NCBI GenBank assembly: GCA_002329465.1 | Contig: DCTW01000004.1 | Span: forward strand, 2,933-66,932 | Direction of reading: 5' to 3' | Length of the DNA stretch: 64,000 nucleotides | From: Candidatus Woesebacteria bacterium UBA1430 | GTDB lineage: Bacteria > Patescibacteriota > Microgenomatia > UBA8517 | Shown: piece by piece, positions 47,968-59,300 of the stretch | Numbering within the stretch: the first letter of the stretch is position 1 | How the letters are laid out: each line of letters begins with the position of its first letter | The notes under the pieces: generated by a model | What the model was told of the DNA's origin: nothing | Databases searched by the model: none | Seen by the model: only the letters and a program-made list of their open reading frames with translations | Program-made: the position numbers and the translations under genes

Positions 47968-48301
47968 TATTTTTCTCTCCTTTCAGAACTACTCTTATAT
48001 GGCTTGTCCTTTTTAAAATAGGATGCCACTGCCCTCTTGAAACGGCCCTGCCGCGCTTAAGCGTCGGCCCCTCGTTTATCTCTATCTCTTTAAAAACCAA
48101 ATCTTTCTCCACAAGCCCCTTAACTTTAGCGTTTGCAACCGCGCTTTTTATCGCCTTATATAAAGGTTTAGCCGCCCTCTTTCTCAAAAAAGGCAGCATC
48201 TCCAAAGCTTGTACGGGAGTCATTTCGCGCACAACATCCGCAACAAGCCTAATCTTCCTCGGCGATGTTCGAATAAATTTTTCTTTCGCAATTACTTCCA
48301 T
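47951..48301 (-). CDS. rplV: 50S ribosomal protein L22
   Basis: SPRKIRLV, SAVANA, KRTSHI. Confidence 0.96.
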   Translation of the reverse strand: MEVIAKEKFIRTSPRKIRLVADVVREMTPVQALEMLPFLRKRAAKPLYKAIKSAVANAKVKGLVEKDLVFKEIEINEGPTLKRGRAVSRGQWHPILKRTSHIRVVLKGEKNNGTKS

Positions 48302-48302
48302 A

Positions 48303-48584
48303 TTAAGTTTTCTCTATAATTCTCTTAACCACTTGACCATGTCCTCTAAAAGTTCTTGTTGGCGCAAATTCACCGAATCTATGGCCAACCATATCTTCTG
48401 ACACAAAAACATCTATAAACACTCTGCCGTTATGAACCTTAAAGTATTTACCCACAAATTCAGGTGCTATCTGAGAACTTCGTGCCCAAGTTTTTATGGG
48501 GCTTGCTTTTTCACCCATTCCACTGGCAACCTTCTTTAATATTCTCTCATCTACATACGGTCCTTTTTTAATGCTTCTACTCAT
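48303..48584 (-). CDS. rpsS: 30S ribosomal protein S19
   Basis: [22 protein letters not shown]. Confidence 0.97.
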   Translation of the reverse strand: MSRSIKKGPYVDERILKKVASGMGEKASPIKTWARSSQIAPEFVGKYFKVHNGRVFIDVFVSEDMVGHRFGEFAPTRTFRGHGQVVKRIIEKT

Positions 48585-48589
48585 TTTTT

Positions 48590-49342
48590 TTAACTACCAT
48601 GTTTGCCGGGCTTTCGCCTCTGAACAATCAATCTATCCGAATACTTTCCCTTTTTTCGCGTTCTTCCGACAGCAGACTTGCCGTAAGGAGTTTTGGGGTA
48701 TTTAAGACCAACTCCGCTTCTTCCTTCCCCTCCTCCATGCGGATGAGAACCAGGGTGCTGCGCAGTCCCCCTGACCGTAGGTCTAATACCACGCCTTCTT
48801 TTTGTACCTGCTTTCGGGATTCTTATACTTCGGAAATCGGCATTGCCAACTTGTCCAATAGTAGCATAACACAATGGATCAAATCTTCTAATCTCACTTG
48901 AAGGAAGCCGCACTAATACAAAATCTTTCTCCTTACCCTGAACCACAGCCGAAGAACCGGCACTCTTTACAATTTGAGCACCCTTACCAGGCCTTATTTC
49001 TATATTATGTATGCTCGTACCCACAGGGATCTTCGAAAGCGGCAACGCATTACCAACCTCAATAGGAGCCTCAGCAGATGAAATCACCTTCTGTCCCTTA
49101 ATCAAACCAACCGGTGCAATTATATATCTTCTCTCCCCGTCCTTATAAAGAAGCAAAGCCACGTTCGCATTCCTGTTTGGATCATATTCAACGCGTTCAA
49201 CTGTAGCCCAAACATCTTTTTTATCACGTTTAAAATCTATTTTTCTCAAATACCTTTTATGTCTCCCACCTTGATGTCTTACAGTAACTTTACCGCGAGA
49301 TCGCCCCGACTTTTTTGGTAAAATTTGAATCAACTTACTCAT
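48590..49342 (-). CDS. rplB: 50S ribosomal protein L2 (short N-terminus)
   Basis: [14 protein letters not shown]. Confidence 0.96.
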   Translation of the reverse strand: MSKLIQILPKKSGRSRGKVTVRHQGGRHKRYLRKIDFKRDKKDVWATVERVEYDPNRNANVALLLYKDGERRYIIAPVGLIKGQKVISSAEAPIEVGNALPLSKIPVGTSIHNIEIRPGKGAQIVKSAGSSAVVQGKEKDFVLVRLPSSEIRRFDPLCYATIGQVGNADFRSIRIPKAGTKRRRGIRPTVRGTAQHPGSHPHGGGEGRSGVGLKYPKTPYGKSAVGRTRKKGKYSDRLIVQRRKPGKHGS

Positions 49343-49632
49343 TTTTTCTTCTTCTCCTCCCCTGCAAAAAGGTCAATTTTGTCCTTGCCCTTTAGCACAA
49401 CAACCGCTTTTTTTCTAGCAGGTTGGACCGTCTTTCTCCTTCTCCACATACTAGTTTTAACAACACTTTTGTAATTCATTACCGAAACAGTCTTAACAGA
49501 AACTCCAAAAATCTCACCAATAACCTTCTTTATCTTCGGCTTATTAAGCCCGCGGGGAACCCAAAATGTATATTTGCCATTCTTCGCATCGGCAATACTC
49601 TTTTCTGTTAATACCGGCTTTATTTTTATCAT
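49339..49632 (-). CDS. rplW: 50S ribosomal protein L23
   Basis: PVLTEKS, KYTF, KKAVV. Confidence 0.93.
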   Translation of the reverse strand: MIKIKPVLTEKSIADAKNGKYTFWVPRGLNKPKIKKVIGEIFGVSVKTVSVMNYKSVVKTSMWRRRKTVQPARKKAVVVLKGKDKIDLFAGEEKKKK

Positions 49633-50261
49633 TTCTTCTTCTCCTCTTTCTTTTCTGCCTTAAACACATCGGCATCAAACAAAAGCAAACCGCCATAAAA
49701 TACACTGTATGCATTAAGACTTTCAAAAACCAAAACGGATAAATTATCAATATTTCTAAAAAACTTTGCCTTATCCTTATTTTTCATCGATAAAACTACG
49801 GTTGTTCTTGCCATTTTATCCCCCGCTATTCGTCGGACAAGCTCATACGACTCCTTTGTCTTTTTAATCTTTGCCACTCCGTCAATAAGAAATATTTTTT
49901 TATCTTTCAGTTTCCTATTTAAAACAATCGCAAGAGCTTTTCTCTTCATCTTCAAAGGCAGTTCAAGCTCTCTTTTAATACCTCTCGGACCGTGTGCTTT
50001 GCCGCCGCCCACAAATATAGGGGCTGATTTTGCCCCATGTCTTGCTCTCCCAGTCCCTTTCTGTCTATACCACTTGGATTTAGTCAGTAAAACCTCGCCT
50101 CTTGTTTTAACTTTAGACAAAGCTTTATAGGCCCTGTTTGTATAAACACGCATAGCTTGAGCAACCAAATAATCATTCTCTTCTTTTTCGAATAAGTCCA
50201 AAGGGATCTCGCCTATTGACTTCGCTTTTACACCAACCGCGTATTTATCAACTTTCGGCAT
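49629..50261 (-). CDS. rplD: 50S ribosomal protein L4
   Basis: KTRGEV, RQKGTGRARHG; start reassigned to MPKVD. Confidence 0.95.
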   Translation of the reverse strand: MPKVDKYAVGVKAKSIGEIPLDLFEKEENDYLVAQAMRVYTNRAYKALSKVKTRGEVLLTKSKWYRQKGTGRARHGAKSAPIFVGGGKAHGPRGIKRELELPLKMKRKALAIVLNRKLKDKKIFLIDGVAKIKKTKESYELVRRIAGDKMARTTVVLSMKNKDKAKFFRNIDNLSVLVFESLNAYSVFYGGLLLFDADVFKAEKKEEKKK

Positions 50262-50925
50262 TTTCCTCTCCTTTCTTGGGAACACCCTCACCCGATGAAA
50301 TCTTTTTAATTATCAAAGGAGTCATTTTTGAACCGGGAAGAGAACCTGATAAATAAACCTCTCCCCTTTCGGAATCAAGTTTAATAACCTTCAAATTTTT
50401 AACGGTAACCCTATCCTGTCCCATTCTTCCGGCCATTTTCTTGCCCTTTCTTACACGACCAGGGTCTGTTCCCTGTCCTATAGACCCCGGCGCACGATGT
50501 CTGTCAGACTGCCCGTGAGTTTTAGGACCCCCCGCAAATCCCCATCTTTTTACTACTCCTGCAAAACCTTTTCCTTTAGATTTGCCTGTTACGGAAACCA
50601 GATCTCCCTCCGAAAGCACTTGATTTAACTCTATCTTGTCACCAACTTTAAATTCTGGCTTTTCATCAACTCTTATCTCCACCAAAAAAGAAGGCGCTTT
50701 CTTGCCTTCAAAAGCGCCTTTTAAGTGTCCTCTCATTGGTTTTGTAATATTTTTTACCTTTTTTTCACCAAAACCAAGCTGAACACCCCAATATCCGTCC
50801 CGCTTTAAATTCTTTATCTGCGTAACCACACAAGGTCCCGCTTTCACCACGGTCACGGGAACTCTAGCATTCTCAACAAATGCCTGTAACATTTTTGTTT
50901 TTTGTCCCAAAATAGTATTTAACAT
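50248..50925 (-). CDS. rplC: 50S ribosomal protein L3
   Basis: PVTV, SKGKGFAG, RAPGSIG, MAGRMG. Confidence 0.97.
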   Translation of the reverse strand: MLNTILGQKTKMLQAFVENARVPVTVVKAGPCVVTQIKNLKRDGYWGVQLGFGEKKVKNITKPMRGHLKGAFEGKKAPSFLVEIRVDEKPEFKVGDKIELNQVLSEGDLVSVTGKSKGKGFAGVVKRWGFAGGPKTHGQSDRHRAPGSIGQGTDPGRVRKGKKMAGRMGQDRVTVKNLKVIKLDSERGEVYLSGSLPGSKMTPLIIKKISSGEGVPKKGEENAES

Positions 50926-51043
50926 GGCTTTTATGCATTAAAAAAAGCGCCAGAGGCGCCCAATCTCGGCTCTCCGACCAGTTTCTAGAGGTCTATATCA
51001 AAACCACCTCCATGTGAGGCTGATTATATCAAATAGCCGTTAA

Positions 51044-51592
51044 TCAAGCAAGAAGAGCTAAAAATTCCCGATTGCCGGCGCGTCCTCCGGTAATCGGAGA
51101 TTCAATAATCTTAGAAACACAAATTCCAAGCATCTCAACGTTGAGTTTTGCGGCAGAAAGCACTTGTTCAACGCTCTCATCAGAAAGCCTACCTTTACGA
51201 ATCAAGCTGGGATTAGCTTCATAATGAGGTTTAATCAAAGTTATAATCAACCCATTCTTTTTTAAATTCTTTAGAGCATTTGGAATAATTTTTTCTTGTC
51301 TAGTCCAACCGGTATCAATCACAATTATATCTACCTTTTCAGGTAAAATTACGTGCATTGCATTAGTCCGCTCCTTCACAACAACTCGCGGATCATTCCT
51401 AAGCTTCCAGTGAAGCTCACCATAAGATGTATCAACTGCATATACTCGTAAAACGCCATTTTGCAAAAGGCAATCTGTAAACCCACCCGTTGAAGCACCA
51501 AAATCAGCAGCTATTAAACCGTCGGAATTAATATTAAAAGCTTCCAAAGCCGCTTGAAGCTTTTCTCCACCTCTTGAGACAAAACTCCCCAT
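51044..51592 (-). CDS. tlyA: TlyA-family rRNA 2'-O-methyltransferase lacking the N-terminal S4 domain
   Basis: FVSRGGEKL, GASTGGFTDCLLQ, LIKPHYE, SPITG..GNREFL. Confidence 0.88.
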   Translation of the reverse strand: MGSFVSRGGEKLQAALEAFNINSDGLIAADFGASTGGFTDCLLQNGVLRVYAVDTSYGELHWKLRNDPRVVVKERTNAMHVILPEKVDIIVIDTGWTRQEKIIPNALKNLKKNGLIITLIKPHYEANPSLIRKGRLSDESVEQVLSAAKLNVEMLGICVSKIIESPITGGRAGNREFLALLA

Positions 51593-51900
51593 TACATCTT
51601 AATCTCAACCGAAACTCCTGCTGGAAGATCTAAATTAGATAAAGAATCGATAGTTCTTTCTGTAGGTTCAAGAATATCAATAAGCCTTTTATGAACCAGG
51701 ATTTCAAAATGCTCCTGCGCGTCTTTATGCTTAAACGGAGATTCAAGAACAGGTATAATAGTTCTTTTTGTAGGAAGCGGCGTAGGGCCTGCTATCTTTG
51801 CCCCGCTTGCCATGGCCGTATCCAATATCTTAGAAGCAGCTTCATCAATTACTCGATGGTCATAACTCTTAAGTTTCACCCTAATGCGTCCTATAGCCAT
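51592..51900 (-). CDS. rpsJ: 30S ribosomal protein S10
   Basis: RVKLKSYD, GPTPLPT, HKRLIDI. Confidence 0.97.
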   Translation of the reverse strand: MAIGRIRVKLKSYDHRVIDEAASKILDTAMASGAKIAGPTPLPTKRTIIPVLESPFKHKDAQEHFEILVHKRLIDILEPTERTIDSLSNLDLPAGVSVEIKM

Positions 51901-51921
51901 TTTAATTAAAGTGCGAAGATT

Positions 51922-53121
51922 TTATTTTATTATTTTGGTGATTACTCCTGCACCAACCGTCTTTCCACCCTCACGAACCGCAAATCTTAGCCCCTCCTCC
52001 ATTGCAACCGGAGTAATAAGCTTAACCTTCATTTTAGCGCTATCACCCGGCATAACCATCTCAATTCCCTCAGGAAGGGTAACTTCGCCGGTAACGTCCG
52101 CAGTTCGTACAAAAAACTGCGGCTTATATCCGGTAAAGAATGGCGTATGCCTTCCCCCCTCATCTTTGGATAAAATATAAACTTCCGCCTCGAACTCGGT
52201 ATGAGGAGTTACAGATCCGGGTTTTGCAATTACCTGGCCTCTCTCAATCTGATCTTTCTCAATTCCTCTTAGTAAAACCCCTACGTTGTCTCCCGCTTGG
52301 GTTTCATCCAAAGTTTTTCTAAACATCTCAAGTCCGGTAACAACAGTCTTTTGAGTATCCCTTATACCGACAATCTCAACTTCCTCATTAACAGTAAGCT
52401 TCCCTCTCTCAACACGTCCCGTGGCTACTGTTCCTCGTCCTTTAATAGAAAATACGTCTTCAACATGCATCAAAAAAGGCTTATCAGTCTCTCTCTTGGG
52501 ATCGGGAATATACTCATCAACTATCTTCATAAGCTCCAAAATTTGCTTTTCAGCCTCTGGGTCACCTTCATAAGCTTTTAGAGCGGATCCGCGAATAACA
52601 GGAACTTCATCACCTGGGTATTCGTACTTCTTAAGAAGCTCCCGTACGTCATCCTCAACTAAATCAATAATCTCAGGATCATCAACCGTATCAACCTTGT
52701 TTAGAAACACAATCAAAACAGGAACATTAACTTGTCGTGCCAAAATAACATGCTCCTTCGTTTGAGGCATGGGTCCATCAGCAGCGGATATAACCAAAAT
52801 AGCTCCGTCCATCTGGGCCGCGCCCGTAATCATGTTTTTAATATAATCGGCGTGACCAGGAGCATCGATGTGAGCATAATGTCTCTTTTCCGTTTCGTAT
52901 TCAATATGAGTTATATTTATTGTTACTCCTCTTTCTTTCTCCTCAGGAGCATTATCAATATCTTCAAATTTAAAAGGTTTAGTGCTGTTGCCGGGCTGCT
53001 TTGAAAGAACGTTGGTAATTGCAGCAGTTAAAGTGGTTTTACCGTGATCAACATGCCCTATAGTGCCGACGTTTACATGCGGCTTGTTTCTTTCAAACTT
53101 TTGTTTTGTATCTGATGCCAT
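51922..53121 (-). CDS. tuf: Elongation factor Tu
   Basis: [21 protein letters not shown]; start reassigned to MASDT. Confidence 0.98.
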   Translation of the reverse strand: MASDTKQKFERNKPHVNVGTIGHVDHGKTTLTAAITNVLSKQPGNSTKPFKFEDIDNAPEEKERGVTINITHIEYETEKRHYAHIDAPGHADYIKNMITGAAQMDGAILVISAADGPMPQTKEHVILARQVNVPVLIVFLNKVDTVDDPEIIDLVEDDVRELLKKYEYPGDEVPVIRGSALKAYEGDPEAEKQILELMKIVDEYIPDPKRETDKPFLMHVEDVFSIKGRGTVATGRVERGKLTVNEEVEIVGIRDTQKTVVTGLEMFRKTLDETQAGDNVGVLLRGIEKDQIERGQVIAKPGSVTPHTEFEAEVYILSKDEGGRHTPFFTGYKPQFFVRTADVTGEVTLPEGIEMVMPGDSAKMKVKLITPVAMEEGLRFAVREGGKTVGAGVITKIIK

Positions 53122-53233
53122 GATAGTTAATTTATTATATCTTTTAAACTTTTTCAAGCCCCAATTTTAGGCGAAAAATCACTTCCGCCTTTTGCGGAAA
53201 TTAAGCGTATTATTACAATGCCGCCAAGCCTTG

Positions 53234-55399
53234 TCAAGAGGCAGATCCCCTGCCGGACTGAGAAACAATATTTACAGAAATATTTGCCGGCACTTCTTCA
53301 TAATGGCTTGGTTCAATATAAGCACTCGCCCTTCCTTGCGATAGCGACCTAAGTCTTGTTGCGTAACCCGAAAGCTCAGCCAAAGGAGCCATTGCATTAA
53401 TTACGGACAAACCAGCTCTTTCTTCAGTACCCTGTATTTGGGCTCTCCTACTCGAAAGATCGCCAATCACATCTCCCATAAATTCATCCGGTGTGGTAAC
53501 CTCAACCTTAACAATAGGCTCCAAAAGCACTAAATCCGCCTGTTTCACAGCCTCCTCAAGCGCTAAAGATCCGGCAATTTTAAAGGCAATCTCGGAAGAA
53601 TCTACATCATGGAAACTCCCGTCGTAAACAGCAACCTTCAAATCAACCACAGGATATCCCGCAAGTATACCTGCCTCAAGCTTCTCCTTAACACCTTTTT
53701 CAATAGCAGGTATAAACTCGGAAGGAATCGCGCCACCCTTTATCTCAGATACAAAATCAATCCCCTCGCCCCTTCCCAAAGGCTCAACTCTAAGAAAACA
53801 ATGTCCATATTGTCCGCGCCCACCCGTCTGTCTTATATATTTACCCTCACCGGTCGCAACTCTCTTAACAGTTTCTTTATAAGCAACCTGTGGAGCTCCC
53901 GTCTTTGCATCAACGTTAAATTCCCTTTTCATTCTATCAACAAGAATTTCAAGCTGAAGCTCGCCCATCCCGGATATAATCGTTTGACCGGTTTCATGGT
54001 TTGTTTTTATTCTAAAAGTAGGATCCTCATCCGAAAGCTTATTTAAAGCAAGGCTCATTCTCTCTTGATCGGCCTTTGTTGCAGGCTCAATCGCAAGGGA
54101 TATAACAGGATCCGGAAAAGAAATCGACTCAAGCACTATTGGGCTGCGCGGATCACATATCGTGTCTCCCGTTGTTAAATCACGGCTTCCCACCACAGCC
54201 ACAATCTCTCCACAATAAGCTTCATCAATAAGCTCTCTTTGATCAGCATGCATAAGCACAAGCTTTCCTATTCTTTCAGTTGTTTGTTTACTCGAGTTAT
54301 AAACCGATTCTCCCGCCTTAAGCTTACCTGAATAAACTCTTACATATACAAGCCTCCCCACATGCGGATCCGTAACCACCTTAAAAGCAAGAGCGGAAAG
54401 CGGTGTTTCCAAATTTTTCTCCCGAGTTTCCTCTTTTCCTGTTTTAGGATTAACACCGGCAACGGGTGGAAGATCAATAGGAGAGGGTAAATATTCAACT
54501 ACGCTATCAAGGAGCGTTCTTACAGTCACCATTCTATTATCTCCTCCAAGAATTGGGAAAAATTTACCCATAATCACTCCCGCACGTATGGCTTTTTTTA
54601 TATCTTTAGGCTCCAGCTCCTGACCTTCAAGATATTTCTCAAGTACACCGTCATCATACTCTGCAACAGCCTCAATAAGTTCATCTCTATAATGTTTGGC
54701 CTTTTCCTTCAAATCAGCAGGAAATTCTTCCTCAATAAGCTTATTATCATCCACTCCCTTATATGTGTAAGCCTTCATGTTTATAATATCAATCACGCCT
54801 CGCAAACCGTGCTCTATGCCAATAGGCATCTGTATAGGAAGCGCATTTGCACCAAGCCTGGTTCTTATAGATTTAATACTTCCTTCAAAATCAGCGCCTA
54901 TTAAATTAAGCTTGTTCAAAATACAAATTCGAGGTACTTGATATCTATCGGCTTGTCTCCAAACGGTCTCTGATTGCGATTCAACTCCGGTTCTACCGTC
55001 AAAAACCATTACCGCCCCATCCAAGACCCTCAAAGACCTTTCAACCTCGGCAGTAAAATCAATATGTCCCGGAGTATCTATAATGTTGACGCGGTAATGT
55101 CCATTCTCTACGGAAGAGTCAGATTGAAGATCCCAAAAAGTTGTTATTGCAGCGCTCACAATAGTAATCCCGCGCTCCCTTTCCTGCTCCATCCAATCAG
55201 TTACCGTAGTCCCCTCATCTACCGAACCGTGCTTATAAGTTTTTCCTGTTTCAAAAAGAATTCTCTCTGTAGTCGTAGTCTTTCCTGCATCAATATGCGC
55301 AATAATCCCAATATTTCTAATCTCTTCTAAAGGAACCTCACGATTCTCAGTTACAATAGACGCAAGAGAAGCCTTTTTCTTAGTTTGTTGTACAGCCAT
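53234..55399 (-). CDS. fusA: Elongation factor G (atypical G4/G5 motifs)
   Basis: AHIDAGKTT, RGITI, DTPGH, GMGELQL, HDVDSSE; located in str operon. Confidence 0.96.
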   Translation of the reverse strand: MAVQQTKKKASLASIVTENREVPLEEIRNIGIIAHIDAGKTTTTERILFETGKTYKHGSVDEGTTVTDWMEQERERGITIVSAAITTFWDLQSDSSVENGHYRVNIIDTPGHIDFTAEVERSLRVLDGAVMVFDGRTGVESQSETVWRQADRYQVPRICILNKLNLIGADFEGSIKSIRTRLGANALPIQMPIGIEHGLRGVIDIINMKAYTYKGVDDNKLIEEEFPADLKEKAKHYRDELIEAVAEYDDGVLEKYLEGQELEPKDIKKAIRAGVIMGKFFPILGGDNRMVTVRTLLDSVVEYLPSPIDLPPVAGVNPKTGKEETREKNLETPLSALAFKVVTDPHVGRLVYVRVYSGKLKAGESVYNSSKQTTERIGKLVLMHADQRELIDEAYCGEIVAVVGSRDLTTGDTICDPRSPIVLESISFPDPVISLAIEPATKADQERMSLALNKLSDEDPTFRIKTNHETGQTIISGMGELQLEILVDRMKREFNVDAKTGAPQVAYKETVKRVATGEGKYIRQTGGRGQYGHCFLRVEPLGRGEGIDFVSEIKGGAIPSEFIPAIEKGVKEKLEAGILAGYPVVDLKVAVYDGSFHDVDSSEIAFKIAGSLALEEAVKQADLVLLEPIVKVEVTTPDEFMGDVIGDLSSRRAQIQGTEERAGLSVINAMAPLAELSGYATRLRSLSQGRASAYIEPSHYEEVPANISVNIVSQSGRGSAS

Positions 55400-55405
55400 A
55401 ATAAT

Positions 55406-55885
55406 TTACCACCTAAAATGCGAGAAAGCCTTGTTCGCTTCGGCAATTCTTTCTACCTCCTGCTTCTTTTTGATAGCAACGCCCTCACCGTTTGAGGCTT
55501 CAACAAGCTCGGTAGCAAGTTTTTCGGCATAAGTATGAAACTCACTATTTGGCCTACTTCTTGCGGCAGTAATTAACCACCGTATAGCAAGAGAATCCTG
55601 ACGGCTACCTCTCACAGGCATGGGCACCTGATAAGCAGCGCCTCCTACTCTTCTCGGACGTACCTCCATAGTAGGCCTCATATTCTCAAGCGCCCTTTTG
55701 AATACTTCCAAAGGATTCTCTTTAGTCCGCTCCTTTATAATCTCAAAAGCTCTATAAACTTGTTTTTGAGAAACAGACTTTTTTCCGTCCTTCATCGATC
55801 TATTAATAAGCTTAGCCACCATAAAATCATTGTATAAAGGATCGAGCTCAACTTTTTTTTGTTTTATATAACCTCGTCTAGGCAT
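55406..55885 (-). CDS. rpsG: 30S ribosomal protein S7
   Basis: RRVGGAAYQVP, ANKAFSHFRW. Confidence 0.97.
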   Translation of the reverse strand: MPRRGYIKQKKVELDPLYNDFMVAKLINRSMKDGKKSVSQKQVYRAFEIIKERTKENPLEVFKRALENMRPTMEVRPRRVGGAAYQVPMPVRGSRQDSLAIRWLITAARSRPNSEFHTYAEKLATELVEASNGEGVAIKKKQEVERIAEANKAFSHFRW

Positions 55886-55894
55886 AATGTTTCT

Positions 55895-56350
55895 TTACTC
55901 CTCTCCTCCTTCAGCATTAGAGCTCCCCCCGCCAGTTGCTATTCCCTGCTTTTTAGTACCATATCTTGATCTGGAAGTTTTCCTTCCCACCACTCCTCTT
56001 GCATCATATTTACCTCTAACAACCTGATACCTTACTCCGGGCAAGTCCTTAACACGTCCCGATCTAACCAAAACAATAGAGTGCTCCGATATCTCATGTC
56101 CCTCACCCGGAATATATGCTGTTACCTCCTGTTTATTCGAAAGCCTTACACGAGCAACTTTACGCAAAGCGGAGTTTGGCTTTCTTGGCGTCATTGTCCT
56201 TACAGACAAAACAACACCCCGCTTAAACGGCGAAGAATAAACCTTATAAATTCTATCCTTCGCGTTAAACCACTTCTTCAAGGCTACGCTTCTAGCCTTT
56301 TTAATTTGTTTTTTTCTGGGTTTTCGTACTAATTGAGAAACTGTTGGCAT
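55895..56350 (-). CDS. rpsL: 30S ribosomal protein S12
   Basis: [21 protein letters not shown]. Confidence 0.97.
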   Translation of the reverse strand: MPTVSQLVRKPRKKQIKKARSVALKKWFNAKDRIYKVYSSPFKRGVVLSVRTMTPRKPNSALRKVARVRLSNKQEVTAYIPGEGHEISEHSIVLVRSGRVKDLPGVRYQVVRGKYDARGVVGRKTSRSRYGTKKQGIATGGGSSNAEGGEE

Positions 56351-56362
56351 ATTAATTAAAAT

Positions 56363-59300
56363 TTAAAGCATCGCCCTTTCAGGCGAAACAGGTATAAGCC
56401 TACCAATAATTACATTTTCTTTCAAGCCAATAAGCTTATCAGTTCTACCCATTAATGCCGAATCGGAAAGTACATCTGTCGTTTGCTGAAAACTTGCTGC
56501 AGAAAGCCAGCTCTCGGTATACATCGCCCTTCTGGTAATCCCAAGTATTATCTGTGAAGCAGTAGCAGCCTCTCCTCCTGCCGCCAAAACTCTCTCGTTT
56601 TCCTCTTCAAATTTTGCCTTCTCAGTTTGTTCACCAGGAAGAAGATCAGTATCTCCCGCAGTAATTATCTTAACCTCATCACTCATTTTTCTAACTATCA
56701 CCTCAAAATGTCTGTCATTGATTGGTATTCCCTGTGATTCATAAACAGCTTGAAGCTCTGTTACTAAATATTCCTGTGCCGCCTTAAGCCCTTTAATTAA
56801 CAAAATTTCCTTAATATCAAGGTATCCACTTGAAAGCTGGACTCCCACTTCCACGTTCTCTCCGTCCTCTACCATCAACTTCTGGGTTTTAGGAACAAAA
56901 TACTCTCTCTCTTCAGGTGGCTTTGCACCGGAATTTCTAATAATCACATTCCACCCGACTTCTGTCTCCTCAATCTTAACTTTCCCGGAAATTTCAGCCA
57001 AAGAAGATTGAATCTTAGGGTTTCTCGATTCAAAAAGCTCTTCAACTCTAGGCAAACCTTGCGTAACGTCAACTCCCACTACACCACCGCTATGCTTAGT
57101 TCTCATAGTAAGCTGCGTACCAGGCTCACCGATAGACTGAGCCGCCAGAACTCCCACCGGAGTACCAATATCAACAAGCTTCTTGGTAGATAAATCCCAT
57201 CCGTAACATTTTCTGCAAACGCCATATCTTGAATTACAAGTCAATGGAGAATAAATAGAAACCTGTGAAATATCGGCCTTTTCAATATCCGAAAGCTTTG
57301 TTTCCTCAATAATTTCACCCTTTGCAACTATAACTTTACCCTTTGCATCCTTTATATCGTTAGCGGCTACTCTTCCGACGATCCTTCTCAAAAACACCTT
57401 TGGCCTAGAAGATCTTGTAACCAAAAGTCCCTCTTCCGCACCACAGTCTTCCTCCCTTACAATGACATCGTGGGCAACATCTACAAGCCGGCGTGTAAGA
57501 TATCCTGCATCAGCAGTCTTAAGAGCAGTATCAGTCAGCCCTTTTCTTGCTCCACGGCTTCCGTTTACATACTCATACACAGAAAGTCCCTCTCTAAAAT
57601 TAGACTTAACAGGAAGCTCAACCACCTTTCCCAAAGGATCTACAACAAGACCGATCATTCCGGAAAGCTGCTTAATCTGCTCTCTGGAAGTTCTACCCAC
57701 TTTAGCATCAATCACCATCCTAATAGACCCAATAGGATCAACAAGGTCCCAAGTTTTATCAGCTATCTCCTCTGTAGTCTCAATCCAAATACTCTCTGTT
57801 AGCCTCTTTTTCTCCTCACGGGTTATAAGCCCCTGAGCAAAATTGCTCTCCACGTCGGAAACACGCTTATTTGCCCTCTCAATAATTTTATCCTTTTCTG
57901 GATGAACTATCGCATCGGTAATTCCAAAAGAAAGTCCGGATATTGTCCCTCCCATAAAACCAAGGTCTTTAATATCGTCAATCATTCCGACAAGCTCCTC
58001 GTGAGTCACCTTACTAAAAGCATCATCAATAATTCTTTTAATAACATCCGAGCTTACATTTTCGTTAACATAATCAAATTGAGGCGGTAATATCTCATTA
58101 AACAAAATTCTTCCAGGCGTAGTTTCAATAATTTTTCCATTGTATCTTACCGATATCTTCTGTCTAAGATTAACTTTTGAAAGCCCATAAGCCAAAATCA
58201 CCTCATTAAAATCAGAAAAGATAACATTAGATTTGGTAATACGCTCGTCAAGGCTGGTCAAGAAATAAAGTCCAAGAGCTATTTCTTTAGAGGCAGGAGC
58301 AGCCATCGGGGACCCATCTGCCGGTCTTAACATATTCTTATCCGACATCATAAGCTCAATAGACTCGCGTATAGCATTTTTTGATAAAGGCAAATGAACA
58401 GCCATCTGATCCCCGTCAAAATCGGCGTTGTAGCCTTTACACACCGCCGGGTGCAAACGTATCGCATTACCCTCAATAAGTACCGGATAAAAAGATTGAA
58501 AACCAAGCTTATGAAGAGTCGGCGCCCTGTTCAAAAGAACTGGATGGTTCTTCGTTATTTCCTCAAGTATATCAAAGACTTCGGAAGGTCTCCTCTCAAG
58601 CATATTTTTTGCACTCTTCACGTTCGGGGCTATACCTCTTGAAATCATTTCACGAAGAACAAATGGTTTTGCTATCTCCAAAGCCATCTCTTTTGGAATA
58701 CCGCACTGATTTAGTTTAAGCTCAGGACCTACGACAATAACACTTCTACCCGAATAATCAACCCGCTTACCCAATAAATTTTGTCGAAATCTTCCTTGCT
58801 TACCACGAAGCATATCGGACAACGATCTCAAGGGCTGTCTTCCCCTGCCTCTTCTGGTTGCTTTTCTCTGCGATGCGTCAATCAAAGAATCTACAGATTC
58901 CTGAAGCATCCTTTTTTCATTCCTCAAAATAATCTCAGGCGCTCCAAGAGAAATAAGATGCTTAAGCCTATTATTTCTATTAATCACCCTTCGATAAAGA
59001 TCGTTCAAATCGCTCGTCGCAAACCTACCTCCTGAAAGCTGAACCATAGGCCTCAAATCCGGAGGTAAAACAGGAAGAACCTTAAGAATCATCCAAGACG
59101 GATCTATCTTTGCATCTCTCATTCCGTCAATTATCTTAAGCCGCTTTGTTAATTTTACGTATCTAGGGCCTTTACCTTTAATTTCTTTGAGTTCTTTTCT
59201 TATTTCCTTAGAAAGCTCTTCAAGATTAATGCTCTTAAGCACCTCAAGCACGGCCTCGGCACCCATCTTCACTTCAACAAAATCGGCAACGCCGTATCCA

